From Mizuhopecten yessoensis (lineage: Eukaryota): a stretch of DNA of 64,000 bases. The position numbers were made by a program, and so were the translations under genes. A model generated the notes under the pieces. It saw nothing but the letters and a program-made list of their open reading frames with translations, was not told the DNA's origin and ran no database searches. The stretch is taken from positions 124,001 through 188,000 of the forward strand of contig NW_018480065.1 in the NCBI RefSeq assembly GCF_002113885.1, read 5' to 3'. Position 1 is the first letter of the stretch; each line of letters opens with the position of its first letter. Below, piece by piece: positions 38,714-51,700 of this stretch.

Positions 38714-41364
38714 ATGCAGTTGTTCGTACGCGGAACCAAGACGCACACCTTGCAAATTGCAGGTGAAGAAACCGTGCAGGATGTCAAGGTAAATTGCTAA
38801 AACTTACAATTATTCATCCTTGCTAGCTAAGTGTTAGCTTCGTATACGCTCCACTTACCCTTGGCGGATATAGCCGTGTTTACTGAGCCTTCAAATTTTC
38901 TTGCAGTGCCAATCGCTCGCATCCAATGAAATCGCGTCTTACATATAGCGCTGTTGACGAAGGAAAACAGTAATGGTGACGGCCTCAAAAAATTAGGCGC
39001 ACAATCTTTTGGGAAACTTTTGGAGTGTTAAATCAGTTGGTGGAAATCTTTGACTACGTGCCACATACAAATGATGACCTGGGAAAATATGTGTGCTGCC
39101 TTTGGATTGTTTCCATTTTGCTCTGTCATTTATACTCCGCCTCGACATACACATGCTTATGTCAACACGCCGATGGAGTGTGTATGTTACGGTCATTCTG
39201 ATTGGTTAAAAGTTTATTGGGAGAAGAACGATAACTCTGTATATCCACTAGGTGGCAGTAGAGGGAATTATGAAAACACAGATTAGGTTTACATAAGTAT
39301 CAACTAACTACCTTAACATGAGACTGTGAAGCATGATTATAACAGAACAGTATTCAGACGGCTATATCTGGGTAAGTGGAGTGTATACAAAGCGAACACT
39401 TGGCCAGCGAATATGACAATTATAAGATAAGGCATATTTTATTTACCAGAATGGTAATGCTATGGGCAGAATAGTTAACACTGGCTATCCATGCAAGACC
39501 ACACCATACCAAACCCAGATTGAGAATAAAATGGACTGAGGTGGGAGCTACATGTAGTGTAACATTGACGTTAATAAATGAAATGTTGTTGGGAGTGCAG
39601 TCCATCACACAGTTGTTCCATATCTAAGTCATATCATGGCCTTCCCAATTTTAATTGTTGTACAATGTTTTGCTATAAAGAATGTGTCATTATTTCAACA
39701 AAAAAGCAAAGATTTCTCTGAAACTATGGGTAGATCAAGTCAAATATGTACATCTCTTTCAAAACTTGATATGCTCTAAAAGCAAGTTGTATGTATTTTC
39801 AGACATTTCTCAATGGCACCGAAGGATTCCCATGCGAGGAGCAAGTCATCCTGTATGCTGGCAAGCCTCTAAGTGACAATGTCAAACTTATCAGCTTTGA
39901 TGACCTCGCCACCTTGGATTGTGATGTCCGTATGCTTGGAGGTCAGTTTAACAAAATAGTTAGCATCAAGTGCTTTGTTTCTTCTCAACCATTTGGAGAA
40001 ACATTTACACGCGATGCAAAAATTCCCACGTGATTCATTTCTGATGTTATTTTATTTATTGGTCCGATACTAAAGTTTAACTTTGGACAGCCATTACTTG
40101 CATGTAAAATAATCAGGGGTGTACAATTTCATATTTAAAAGGAATAACCTAAAGGTAGATTAAAAATATTCTCCTAGCCAGACTTATCTTTTTGTCATCA
40201 GTCCTGTCATAAAATCTAGCCATGGTAGGTAGCTTGGAGCTAGTGAAATTGTACACCTCGGATCAATGGTGAAATGTATATTGCAACACTAAGTGAAGTG
40301 GGTTTGAAAAGTTTTTTTCATTATTAATCTTTCAGTTATTTATTTTCTTTGGCTGAAGCTTATGTTGAACTGTGATACGTCTTTATTCAAGCTACAGGAA
40401 AAAAATATCCATTGAAGTCTATTTGTGAGGCAAGGAAATAGGCAGTTTTTGTGTTGCTCATAAAGCGAAGGCAACATATAAGGATTACGATGTTGTCATC
40501 ATTGTCTTTATAGTTTCTTTGCAATAACCTTTGAAGGATTTTTTTGTGAAACTTCCTACACATACTGATTATATCAATAACCCGCTCAAGTTTGATTTTA
40601 TAGACAAAAGTCATAAAATGAACATGGCTGTTAGCAGCCATATTAGATTGTGTGAAAAGTCACAGTTTCCATCTAATATTCCTTGGAGGAATATTTCCTT
40701 TTTCATTAAACTTTGAATATATGCCTAAAATATCAACCTGCTCAAGCTTGATTTTGTGAAACTGGGTCAATTAATGATATTCCTTGTGTAAAATATGGAT
40801 TGAAAAGATGGGATCCATCTTAATTCATAAGAAGTTAACAAGCTTTCATCCGATGGTTTTAATGTATTGATGATATGGGAAAAGGTTTTTGATGTCATTA
40901 ATTTTGTTTTTTCAGGTAAAGTCCACGGCTCTCTGGCTCGTGCTGGTAAAGTAAAGGGACAGACACCAAAGGTTTGTTACACAGAATTATACTTGCCATT
41001 CTTCAGATTACTCATTGCTTTCCCATCATACACAATTTTATATACCGATATATGCATTCAAGATGAACTGATTCAGTGTTTTTGTTGACAATATCTCCAA
41101 AATATGAAGAACCCTAAATATTCAGGAATGAACTATTGTATTCCTGTCTGTTATCAGGATTAATGCATGATGAGGACACACAAATAAACAAAGTTGGCTA
41201 CAAACATCGACTCATTGTTGTCCTTGCTTGTTTTACAGGTAGACAAACAGGAGAAGAAGAAGGCCAAGACCGGCCGTGCCAAGAGGAGGATGCAGTACAA
41301 CAGAAGGTTTGGAGTAACCGTTGCCACATTCGGCCGCAGGAAGGGACCCAACGCTAACTCCTAA
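38714..41364 (+). CDS. FAU: Ubiquitin-like FUBI / 40S ribosomal protein eS30 fusion, 131 aa
   Basis: Exons 38714-38788, 39803-39941, 40916-40971, 41239-41364: MQLFVRG...[47 protein letters not shown]...KGPNANS. AATAAA at 41501. Confidence 0.98.
38822..39409. mobile_element. MITE in FAU intron 2
   Basis: About 55-bp imperfect TIRs: gctagctaagtgttagcttcgtatacgctccacttaccc..gatatagccgt / acggctatatctgggtaagtggagtgtatacaaagcgaacacttggccagc. Confidence 0.7.
39449..39612 (+). ncRNA. Candidate intronic box H/ACA snoRNA
   Basis: Two hairpins (atggt..accat and atggactg..cagtccat), H-box-like AGAATA hinge, ACA 3 nt from the end (39607-39609), inside a ribosomal-protein gene intron. Confidence 0.5.
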
Positions 41365-41702
41365 TTTATATGTCTTGACATTGAGTGGAGTCTAGTTCTA
41401 TGTGCAGGATAGGGCTTGAGGAAGCAAAACTTTTTGTGAGGACATTGTGTCAACATATATCCAGCAATTACTTTGAACCACTAAACCTTGTATTTCTGTA
41501 AATAAAACTAGATTCTAAAAATAATTGAGATTTGTTCTTCATTAGCTTATATTACCAGTCTCACTAAACAGGGTTTTCTGAAGATGCATTAGGCCTAGAG
41601 TTATGACTTTAGGCCTGTAGCTTGCTGGGATGTATGACTATCAAGTTTGTTAATATAATGACATTGATCCTCTTTCAAGGTCAACATGTTACTTGGAAGG
41701 TA

Positions 41703-42060
41703 GTGAAAAGATTCATGTAGCACAACCAATAAGTGTTGTTTTTATGACATTTCAATGACGAGTACGGTTTGTACTCCGTCGCCTTTATTAGACAAATGAA
41801 GCATATATACACAAATGTGTAAAATATGTACGAGTTGTCCATGCAAATTGATGTCGATTCGGCTATGCTGTATGTACAATTAGTAGTTACAGCGTAGCCG
41901 AATCGACATCAATTTGCATGGATAACTTGTACATGTTTTACAACTATGTGTACATACGCTTCACTGAACATTTGTCTGATGTAGGTGACTGAGCACATAC
42001 TGTACTAGTCGTTGAAACATCGCATATAAACCATTGGTTGTGCTACCTGAATCATTTCAC
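41703..42060. mobile_element. Foldback/palindromic element just downstream of FAU
   Basis: About 170-bp imperfect arms; core ccatgcaaattgatgtcgattcggcta / tagccgaatcgacatcaatttgcatgg. Confidence 0.75.
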
Positions 42061-42618
42061 AATCCATACTTAGCAACCTGAAGAAAATGTTATGAAAAAA
42101 AATGTTAAATACTTTTAACTGCTTCATTAGACCAATGATGTGAAGTAATGGAATCTTGGTGGGAGGAAGTGCTTAAAGTATATTCAAATGAATAACTGGC
42201 TCAAAGGTCACGTGTGAAAACATTGCATTAAAAAATGTAAAAGTTCCGGCCGAAAAACTTCAATGTGTGAAGTCTATACTGATGATATTCGGCATATTAC
42301 TTGATAGAAATAAGTACACAGTGTGTCATGTCCTCAATGTGTGGGCTGGTTATTGTTGTGAGCCTAGCCTGTGGCAAACTACACCTGGGTGACTAAGTTT
42401 GTCTCATGTCCATCCACCACATATACTTTTTTAAGTCGCACTCTTGAATACATGAATATTTTTTGAAGGATACCTGATGGTATGTCGTAAGGCAATTCTT
42501 TGGTCCAATTATCAAAAGGCACACCAATGGGTCAAATGTAAAGTCATTGTAATGCTTGTCTTGCTCATAGTTTGATAGTTCCTGAACAGTTCATTTTACA
42601 AAACTTCATAGTATATAT

Positions 42619-43360
42619 ACAAGAGGGCCTGTATAGCTCACCTGGATATCTAAGCAATCATGGCAAAATATTCTCCAAATAAGATCCTAGGGATAGGGCC
42701 AGACCTAAAGGCCAATTTTTGTAGCATGTATGGTTATGGGGTGGAGACCTGAACTGTTTCCAAGTTGTGACTCGGAAACTAGGTCCCTAGGGTTGTGGCC
42801 AGACCCCAGGGTCAATTCTAATAGACTGCATTTCTTCTTTTTATGGGGTGGGGATCTCAACTGTTTCAAAGTCTGTCCATTTGTACAGTTGTTAATCCCC
42901 ACCACCTAGGGATGCTCTTCCAACAAAATATAGTTGATATCCATCGCTTTGTTCTAGAAAAGAAGTCGCTTAAAGCAATATAGCCAAATTACCCTTTTTG
43001 GTCCTGCCTCTCAGCCCCCTGGGGTGTCAACCCCACCATTTGTACAATTTTGTATACCCACTACCTAGGGATGCTTCCAGTCAAATATAGTTGATATCTA
43101 TCTTTTAGTTCCAGAGAAGAATTTGCCCTGGGGGGTCAGCCCCTCCATTTGTACAATTTTAAATCCCCACCTCCCATGAATGCTTCCAACCAAATATGAT
43201 TCATATCCAGTGTATACCCGTAGTTCTAGAGAAGAAGTCGTTTATAACAAATGTTTAAACCTTTTAATATGTTCTTATGAATCAAACACTGATATTATGC
43301 CTGTAGTGTGAGATTAATACCAGGTGAGCGATTCAGGCCCGTTGGGCCTGCCTCTTGTTT
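42619..43360. mobile_element. Helentron/HINE-like element(s) with internal tandem subunits
   Basis: acaagagggcctgtatagctcacctg start as at 28908; repeated cccaccacctagggatgct blocks; inverted start motif at 43321-43360. Confidence 0.55.
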
Positions 43361-43997
43361 ACGTGGTGGGGGGAAACCACCGTGCCATCGGAGGGATAAC
43401 AACTAACCCTATCGGCCATCACTATCTTTTTCTGCCACTGCTGGGGATCAAACTGAAATTCTTGAGAGAGTGAGTGATCTGAAGCTCATGCTTGATTGTA
43501 CACAGTAGTAATGACTGTACGCGTTAGCGATCACGACTACCAAGGCACCCATGTATTGATTTGCATTTCTTCAATAATCTTCAAACTTTATTTTACAACA
43601 GTTATGAAACAAGATATATCAACTTCTATAAATCAATATTGATAGTGTTTATGGTAGAATGCATGCCTTGCAGGGTATCTTAATGCAAGAGGAAACAAGT
43701 TCTTGCAGAAAGTGTAAGTAGTTAGGCAGGTGACAATAGCTTGTAGTGTCCTGTTTGGGAATTAAACGAAAGTTGTCTTGGTGAAAGACAAGTGTACTAT
43801 CCACTGCACAACTTGACCATTCTTCAGTACTTTATTTTTGTAAGTCTAAAAAGCAACCTGATCAAAGCTTTAGCACTAACATTACATAGTTTAGCAGCCA
43901 AAGTCATGTCCTTCAAAATAAAATATTTTGCTGTGTAATGCATGTCAAACCATTTCAACTGTCAGAAGTGTGAGGCTGATAAGTTGTAATGATAACA

Positions 43998-45474
43998 CAA
44001 CTAGAACACTGACAGGTCAGTAAGGGACCCGTCTAGTGGCAAAATATCCCCTATATACATGTAGCTGAGTTTGACGTCTGACATTTGGACTTAAAAAGAA
44101 TCGCAAGGAAGCAAAATATACCTATTACATGTACTGTGATGCGAGTTTTGTTTCCTTCAACCTTCTTATTTGCTGGGCTTACACAAATGTAAACACCGAT
44201 GCAATACTCTTTTATTAGCTTTGATTTGTTTTATTTCACCTTAAATACCTCCATCAATAGCCAGGGTCAAAGTCTAGAGATCCACTTTGTCTTTGACCTT
44301 TGGGCCCAAATGATCTGGACTTTTAACCTAGTGATCTTGATCTTTGGTCAGTTGACTTATTCTTTACAACCAACTTCGGTTCATAATATCATAAAATGTT
44401 CATCAGTTAAAAAATACAAAATTTGACCTTGACCTTGAACCTTTGGACCCCGTAAGGTGGACCTTAGGTCAGTTGACTCCATGTTAATTTCTGAACAACT
44501 TTGCTTCATGATAACATAAAAAAATGTTCATCAGTAAAAAGATACAACATTTGACCTTTGACCCAGTGACTTTGACCTTTGGTCAGTTGATACCTTGTTT
44601 GATTATGTCCAAATTTGCTTCATAATGTCAAAATAATAGTCAGTTGATACCTTGTTTGATTGTGTCCAACTTTGCTTCATAATGTCGAAACAAAATGTTA
44701 AGCAGTTAAAATATACAAAATCTGACCCTGACCTTTAATCCGATGACATTGCTCCCAAGTGTCATAACAAAATGCCACCAGTGAAAAGATACTAAATTTG
44801 ACCTTGACCTTTGATCCAGTGACCTTGATCTTAAGTCAGTTGACTCTTTGTTAAATTCTGAGCAACATTGCTTCATAATGTCGTAACGAAATGTTCACCA
44901 GTGGAAAGATACAAACTTTAACCTTGACATTTGACTCAATGACCTTGACCATTGGTCAGTTGACACCTTGTTTAATTCTGACCAACATTGCTTCATAGTG
45001 TCATAACAAAATGTTCATCAGTGAAAAGATACAAAATTTGACCTCGACCTTTGACCCAGTGATCTTGACCTGTGGTCAGTTGACTCTTTGTTTAATTCCG
45101 ATTAACTTCATAATGTCATAAAATGCTCATCAGTGAAAAGCTACAAAATTTGACATTGACCTTTGACTCAGTGACCTTGACTTCTGACACAATGACCTTG
45201 GGTCAGTTGACTCCTTGTTTAATTCTGATCAACTTTGCTTCATCAAGTCATAACAAAATGTTCATCAGTGAAAAGATGCAAAATTTGACCTGGACCTTTG
45301 AACCTTATGACTTTGACATTGCCTTTAATCTCAGTGTGTATTTTTGTGAACTGAACAACTAGACCAAGTTTCATGTAAATCGGTCAATAAATACCAAAAA
45401 ACAAAATTTGTGGACGGACGGACAGACAGAGTGATTACTATAGGGCACCCGTATCTCTGATATGGGGCCCTAAT
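43998..45474 (+). mobile_element. Helentron/HINE-like element carrying a central satellite array of about 120-bp units
   Basis: About 8 units of aaaatttgaccttgacctttgacccagtgacc..tcagttgac..tcataacaaaatgttcatcagtgaaaagat, then (ggac/agac)n and terminal hairpin tagggcaccc..ggggcccta. Confidence 0.7.
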
Positions 45475-45625
45475 AATTCTCCTTAAATCTTGGAATGAGT
45501 ATTTATTGATCACTTATACATGAACAGAACGAACAAAAGCAACAACTTTATGGTCAGTTATTTTTATTCCCTGATGTGTAAAAATATTTAAATAATAAAA
45601 TTATGAAAGATGCTGCTGATTTTTT

Positions 45626-45716
45626 CTGACTAAAACAGATCCATCCGATCACAACCAACGACACTAATCGCTTTTCGTTGTAATCTTCATTAATCTTAAG
45701 GTTGAATAACCAGTCA
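45626..45716 (-). promoter_or_regulatory. Type II SECIS element in the selenoprotein L 3' UTR
   Basis: Minus strand reads agatta-ATGAa-gattacaac-gaAAA-gcgat-tagt-gtcgt-tg-gttgtgatc-gGAt-ggatct: AUGA/GA core, 9-bp helix II, unpaired AAA, apical mini-stem, lower stem tgactgg/ttagtca. Confidence 0.9.
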
Positions 45717-45719
45717 TCT

Positions 45720-48700
45720 TCATTGTGATTTCTTTTCACCCTGAAATACAAAATCTTTAAATATCAGGAGACTGAAAACAAAACATAGATATTTCAGTTT
45801 TGTAGAAATCTTAAAAGCATAAAAATTAAACTTTTTGGGGTAAATCAGTTGCATGTTCTCTGAGGATTCAGTTAACCCAATATAAAATGGCATAATAATG
45901 TATTAATGAAAGCAAAGGATTTCCGATTTCCTCATATGAAAATCAGTTTTTTAGTTTAAACCATATTTTATTCATGTCAATAAACATTGTACATTTACAT
46001 AGACATTTCATTCTTATAATTAGGAAACAAGTACTATTCTACTTATACATAGTCCTTCTCATCATTTCATTTGAAAATTAATGTCTTATTTACCAGCCTC
46101 AATTTTGGATGAAGATTCTTAATTTTTACACTTTAAGGAGAGATTATGTCTTACTTTAAGACCTATATATATATATATATATATATATAAGGACAGGTAA
46201 GAATATTTTCCGAAATATCATGATGCACTGACCTGCAGCACAAAGGATCTAGTGTAACATTTTAATCGCTATCAATTAAGTTCTTTGTTATAAGGTAAAT
46301 CAAATAACATGTACTACCCAAATAATCCCAAGGCCTACAGTAAAGATAATTATTGGATATTAACTTTTTAATATTTTGTGATTTAAAATTTTGCACTCAA
46401 GAACTATTATGAAATTCACAAGGGAAGCAACAGCTGAAGGCAACAAAGGCTGCAGAAAAGACGTATTGTTGGCTGACGGTGCGGAGCAGGCAAGAGGTAA
46501 AACCCCAGATGCCTTCCATTGTTAGGCATTGTGTTAACCTCCATCTGGTGGTTTCTACTGTACACTTGTTAGTTAGAGGGAAATGTTTTACCTTGAGGAC
46601 CTGCAGAAGGAGGTCCACTGAAGGTCTATCCCAGGACTGTTTGCTACAGTACAAAAACTCAACTCGACCCTCCTTGTCCAGTACAAAGTCTCCTCCCATC
46701 TGAAAAAGAAATCTTATCAATTACTTTACAATTTAAACATATGCTATGGTAGGCAATGGTGAAAATAGCTACTGCAGTGTCTCTAAGGGCAACTTTTATT
46801 TTTAAAATTTCTTCCAGAAGATGACTCCTGGTGAACAAACAGTGATTTTATACAGTTAAAATACCTGGTATAGGCTAGAAGGATATAGCAAGATTCTGGT
46901 TTCCCTGAGACCTCGTCCATTTCCCAAGGCTAAGCGGAGGAATTTAGGTCTGGTCGAGGGAAACCAGAAACTTTCTATATCCTTCAAACCCACACTTTTA
47001 GAGTTTTATCATATAGGGAAAAAAGAAAAATATTTTTTAAGAGTCATATTATCAAAAGGATTTCTGAAAACCTATTGAAAGAAAGATGTATGTATATCAC
47101 TATACTCTTTCATCATTGTTTGCAATTTTGTGTCACAAATATAAACCCTTTCACCACATCCAAATCAATGCATGGTAGAGTCTACTAAAGTCACATAGTG
47201 ATGAAATGGTCAAAAACTGGGAGAGGTCAGATCATTATAATGTTCAAGCTTTGCAAAACCTCTCGGCTGATTGGTTTGATAATTTCCGACGAAAAGTTAA
47301 AAAGAATATCCAGGGTGATAGTCTTCTGGGGTGCATATGGCTGATAGAGGACTAACTCCCTGGACAGTGAAGTCGGGGCAAAAGCAAAGATATACCTGTA
47401 GCCAATTTAAGGGGTATTTTTACATAGAGAAAATAAAGTAGATATTTTAAAATGTTATAACTCTAGATCTTCGAACCTGTTGAGTGTCATCATGGACGTT
47501 TTCATATGGTTTAGGAAGAGGTACACCCTGGGCCATTTTCTCAGCATAGAACAGCATTGCGCTCACACTCCACACCTATAACACATATGGTTAACAATTC
47601 AGGAATTCAATCAAGGATTTGCAAATCACCAGCATCGCTAACTAATTAAAATCTGTAAAATCTAAATTTAAGAAGTTCCAATACACTGTGGCAGAGCTGG
47701 GTCTTACACTATCAACTATCAAAATACTATTGCAAGGCCCTTTCCAATCTGTCATTCATTTTGATGGTACATGGTTGCTCCTGTGAGCTACTGGCATCTG
47801 TCTTTGTTGTTGTACGTTAACAATTTAATTTTCAACTTCTACAGAATAACTGAATTGATTGACTTTGAATTTGGTACAAATATTCAATATGATGTCTCAT
47901 CTAAATGTTCTTAATTTTTGTACCAATCCAAAAGATGGCCAACAAGTGAATTCTTCTCAAACTTTACTCCAAATTTGGTACAAATGTTCTTTTATCTGGT
48001 TGCCAACAAGTGTCTTTACTTTTAGAGCTGATCCATTATTCAAGATATCCACTCTGGGCCTGTATTCATGAAACGTTCTCATGCTCAAGTATGGATTCTG
48101 TGCTCAAACCAGCTTTCTTGTAACTCACTTAAATCATGTCAAACAATCAAAAAGTCAATTGTAAACATTGAAAACAGTATTTGGCTTGAAGTTTCTTCGC
48201 ATTAATTTTATTTCCAAATCATTGACAAAATAAGATTTTTTAAATAATTTATGGCCAGAAGAAGAAATTAGACTTGAGCACAAAATCCATGCTTGAGCAT
48301 GAGAATTCATGAATACGGGCCCTGGACTCTGACTGGCTGAGACATTTTTAACTTCTTCCCAAGAATTGCTGCACCAATTGACTCAAAATTTGGTGCAAAT
48401 GTTCTTATTTTGCATGCTGTTCGAAAATTCCAGGATGGCCACTCAGTAGCTCAGACGTTTTCGATTTGAACTCATGAGCACTAAGGTGGCTACAGGTTCT
48501 TGTACTATAAAATGATTCTTGGTAAGTCACTTACATTGATAAAGCAATATAACTCAGATCCCGAAATCCAAAATGCATGTAGCTAGACTTCTCATCAGTC
48601 ATAATAATTAAACACATACATACGTAAGTTTAACTTGTCATATTGGTACAATATTGTTCCTACGTGTTGGTAAATGCTACTTTGTGGTCAAAAACATCAT

Positions 48701-51700
48701 TTTAAACAGATCCAAGATGGCTGCCACAGCTTCTGATTGGCTAAGATCTTTTAAGCTACAACTTGTGTTCTGTTGGTCTGATTGTTTTAATACTTGGTGG
48801 TAAACGTTATGCATGTTGGATAGTCTACTATATATATCCTGTAATAAGGCCAGAGGGCCAACACATGAAATCTCTGAAATACAAAGTAGGAGATTGGTTT
48901 ACAACAGGACAATGAAATGGCATTTGTTTGTCCATTTTCATTTCAACTGAAAAACATTAGATTTGGTTAGTCTTATTATCAGGCATGGGTTAATTGACAG
49001 TTAATAAAGTAAATGGCGTAATTTGAATCACGATATTTACATTATCCAAGATTGCTGTCTTTGCTACTGTTGGCTGAGACCTTTTAGGCTATAACTTCTG
49101 TTCTGTTATTCTGATTTTGTCCATCCTTGGTGGGAAATTGTACTTGTCATTTTCATGTTTTGTTGCTATATAATACTGATCTTAAAATACAACATGATTG
49201 TTGTTGCTTTTGCTTGGTGATCATGGGAGATATTTTATGGTCAGGCACATGGCAGGGCCCTGTTTTACGGCTAGGTTTTTAGTTGAAATTACAAGCTATA
49301 AATAAGTGTATTATGATAAAAAAATCACTACTGTACACATGCACTGGGAAATCTTTGCCCAATCAAACTTCTCTCATCGCCCATGAAATCAATTTACACA
49401 AAGTTGTTTTCTTCTATTTGCTGTTATGATAAATTTGCCTTTATTACTTAGGGGGAAAAAAGGCAAAAGTTCAACTGCAGGGAAAAACACAGAATAAAAT
49501 TTTACAAAAAACAACTACTTACCTTATAAACAGATCGGCTGAGACCAAAGGCAGAATAAATCTGAAAATCAATAGTTTTAGATATGAAAATGTATGTATG
49601 TCAATATCTTCCCATTTGCGAGCAGGGAAAATATACTTCATCCCTAACAACTATACACAAATAACCTTTTATTCAATAATATGCACTGCATGTATACTCA
49701 CAACTTTAGTGCACACATGTAACAGGAGAGGAAAAATTGTCCTATTACAAATTGGTGCCGTTAACCCTCCTCATTCAAGGTAGGAAAACCCTTGGCGGGG
49801 AGTCAAATAACCTGGGTTGGTGTTAGAAAAAAGGGGGAAATAGTGTAAAAGATGTGCATTGATTAGGTTGCCTTACAAGCGTCAGCTGTAGGGAATTTCC
49901 CTTTAGCTTAGCGGTAAAGCATCGGGCTGGAAAGCCAAGGGTCGCAGGTTTGATCCCCAGCGACGGCACTATCTTTATCACTACTCCCTGTCCTACTACA
50001 AATTTCTCCATCCCAGACAAGCCCCAAGTTGGGCGCCAAACGTAACAGGAGAGGAAAAATGCACGGCCAGACTAGGGTTTGAACCCGGGACCCTCCAAAC
50101 TCTAGACGGTCAAGATGGATGCTTTACCAATTCAGCTATACAAATGTATACTGCATATGTATATATAAAACTTCCTGCCAACATACCATGAGAATAGTAG
50201 CATCATGCTACAGCTTTCTGAGGTTCTGAAAAAAGACTCAAATAACCTTGAAAGTATTGGTGTAGGCCTTTGTAAAATGAATGTTGATCTTTATCTAAGG
50301 GGACATAATTTCAGAATTATCAGTACAGTATGCATGTACACAATATTACTAAGCGACAAAATCCTTTGGTGTATCTTACCTTTCGATCAGTATCCAACAG
50401 CATGGGATATTGACACTTTGTTTCCTTCAACCACTGGAGAGCTCCCTCCCGTATTCCAAATGAGATTAAGACAATTTTACTGTTCTGTGCAAAAATGTCC
50501 TTCTGAAACAGAGAGGATATAACAAGTAGTGATACACTTAAAATAAATGAAAAGGTTATATAGCACAACCAGTGAAGCTGATATTGTGTGATGTTTCGAT
50601 GACTAATATGATACATACTCTGTCACCTTTATCATTTTGCAATAATAATTGTTTGTATTTATACCAAACACCCATACATTAGCAATGTACTCTCTGTATA
50701 AATGTACTTTATATTGGACATTATATGAATTGTAAACCAAAACAAATGCTAATTCTGAACAAATGAAATATTTCATTGGTGAAGCAATAATAAAACCTGC
50801 TAAAATATTTAATGAAATAAAAAAGAAACTACTGTTCTAGTCCTACAACTACCTCAGCTTTTTCCAGGAGGGTGATATGCTCTCGTCATGGAAGTCAGGC
50901 AAAATGTCGCAGCAGTATGAGGGTAAGGTGGTCACTTGTCAGATACTGGGATAAGGTAGTAGTGTCCCCTGTCCTTGCATCTTCCAAGATCACATTAATA
51001 GGTCCCTCCTGTCCCTCGGACAGGGTGCTGACCCCTCCCTCCTGTAGCTGCTGATCAAGGTCCTGGAGAAGCTGGTCCCACTCAACCTACAAACAAGGGA
51101 ATAGCACTATTTACAGCTTTTATGTTTCAGCAAGCATATCTAGGTAACTGTTTATCAGTACAGCAAAGGCTAATGATGGGCACTCGGTTGAAAAATCATA
51201 ATCAATTATCGGTTTGTATTAATCGGAAGTAGTAAACCGATTGCATGATTGCTTTATAATGTTATGGGGACTGAAAGTGAATACCCAAATAAAGTGAGAA
51301 TCCTGCTGTTACATCAATAGACAAAGTTGTAAACTATACATTAGGCTTCTATTTTCATTTACAATGAATGGAGTTCAAGCAACTTTCGTGCAGTTTTGTC
51401 AAGCCTATAGTAATTAAAATTGATAAGAAGAAATGACTTTAAATGCGAACCTTTTATTGTATACATTTGAAACTTTGATTTCAATAATGAACCAATTATA
51501 TCGGTTCATTATAATTCATAAATCAGAAAGGGCTAACTGATTGAGATCAATTATATCATTGTTCATCAGCCCATCACTAGTAAAGACTCAATATAAGGTC
51601 CCTTGTGTCATGTCCAATAAACCGTTTTTCCTTTTTTTAGCTGAATAATTCCTTCATAATTTATGTCTCCAATGATATATATCACCACACTGCTTATACA

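Noticed and set aside
41165-41220. Box C/D snoRNA (ATGATGA) in the last FAU intron
   Set aside because: No downstream CTGA box D or terminal stem before the acceptor.
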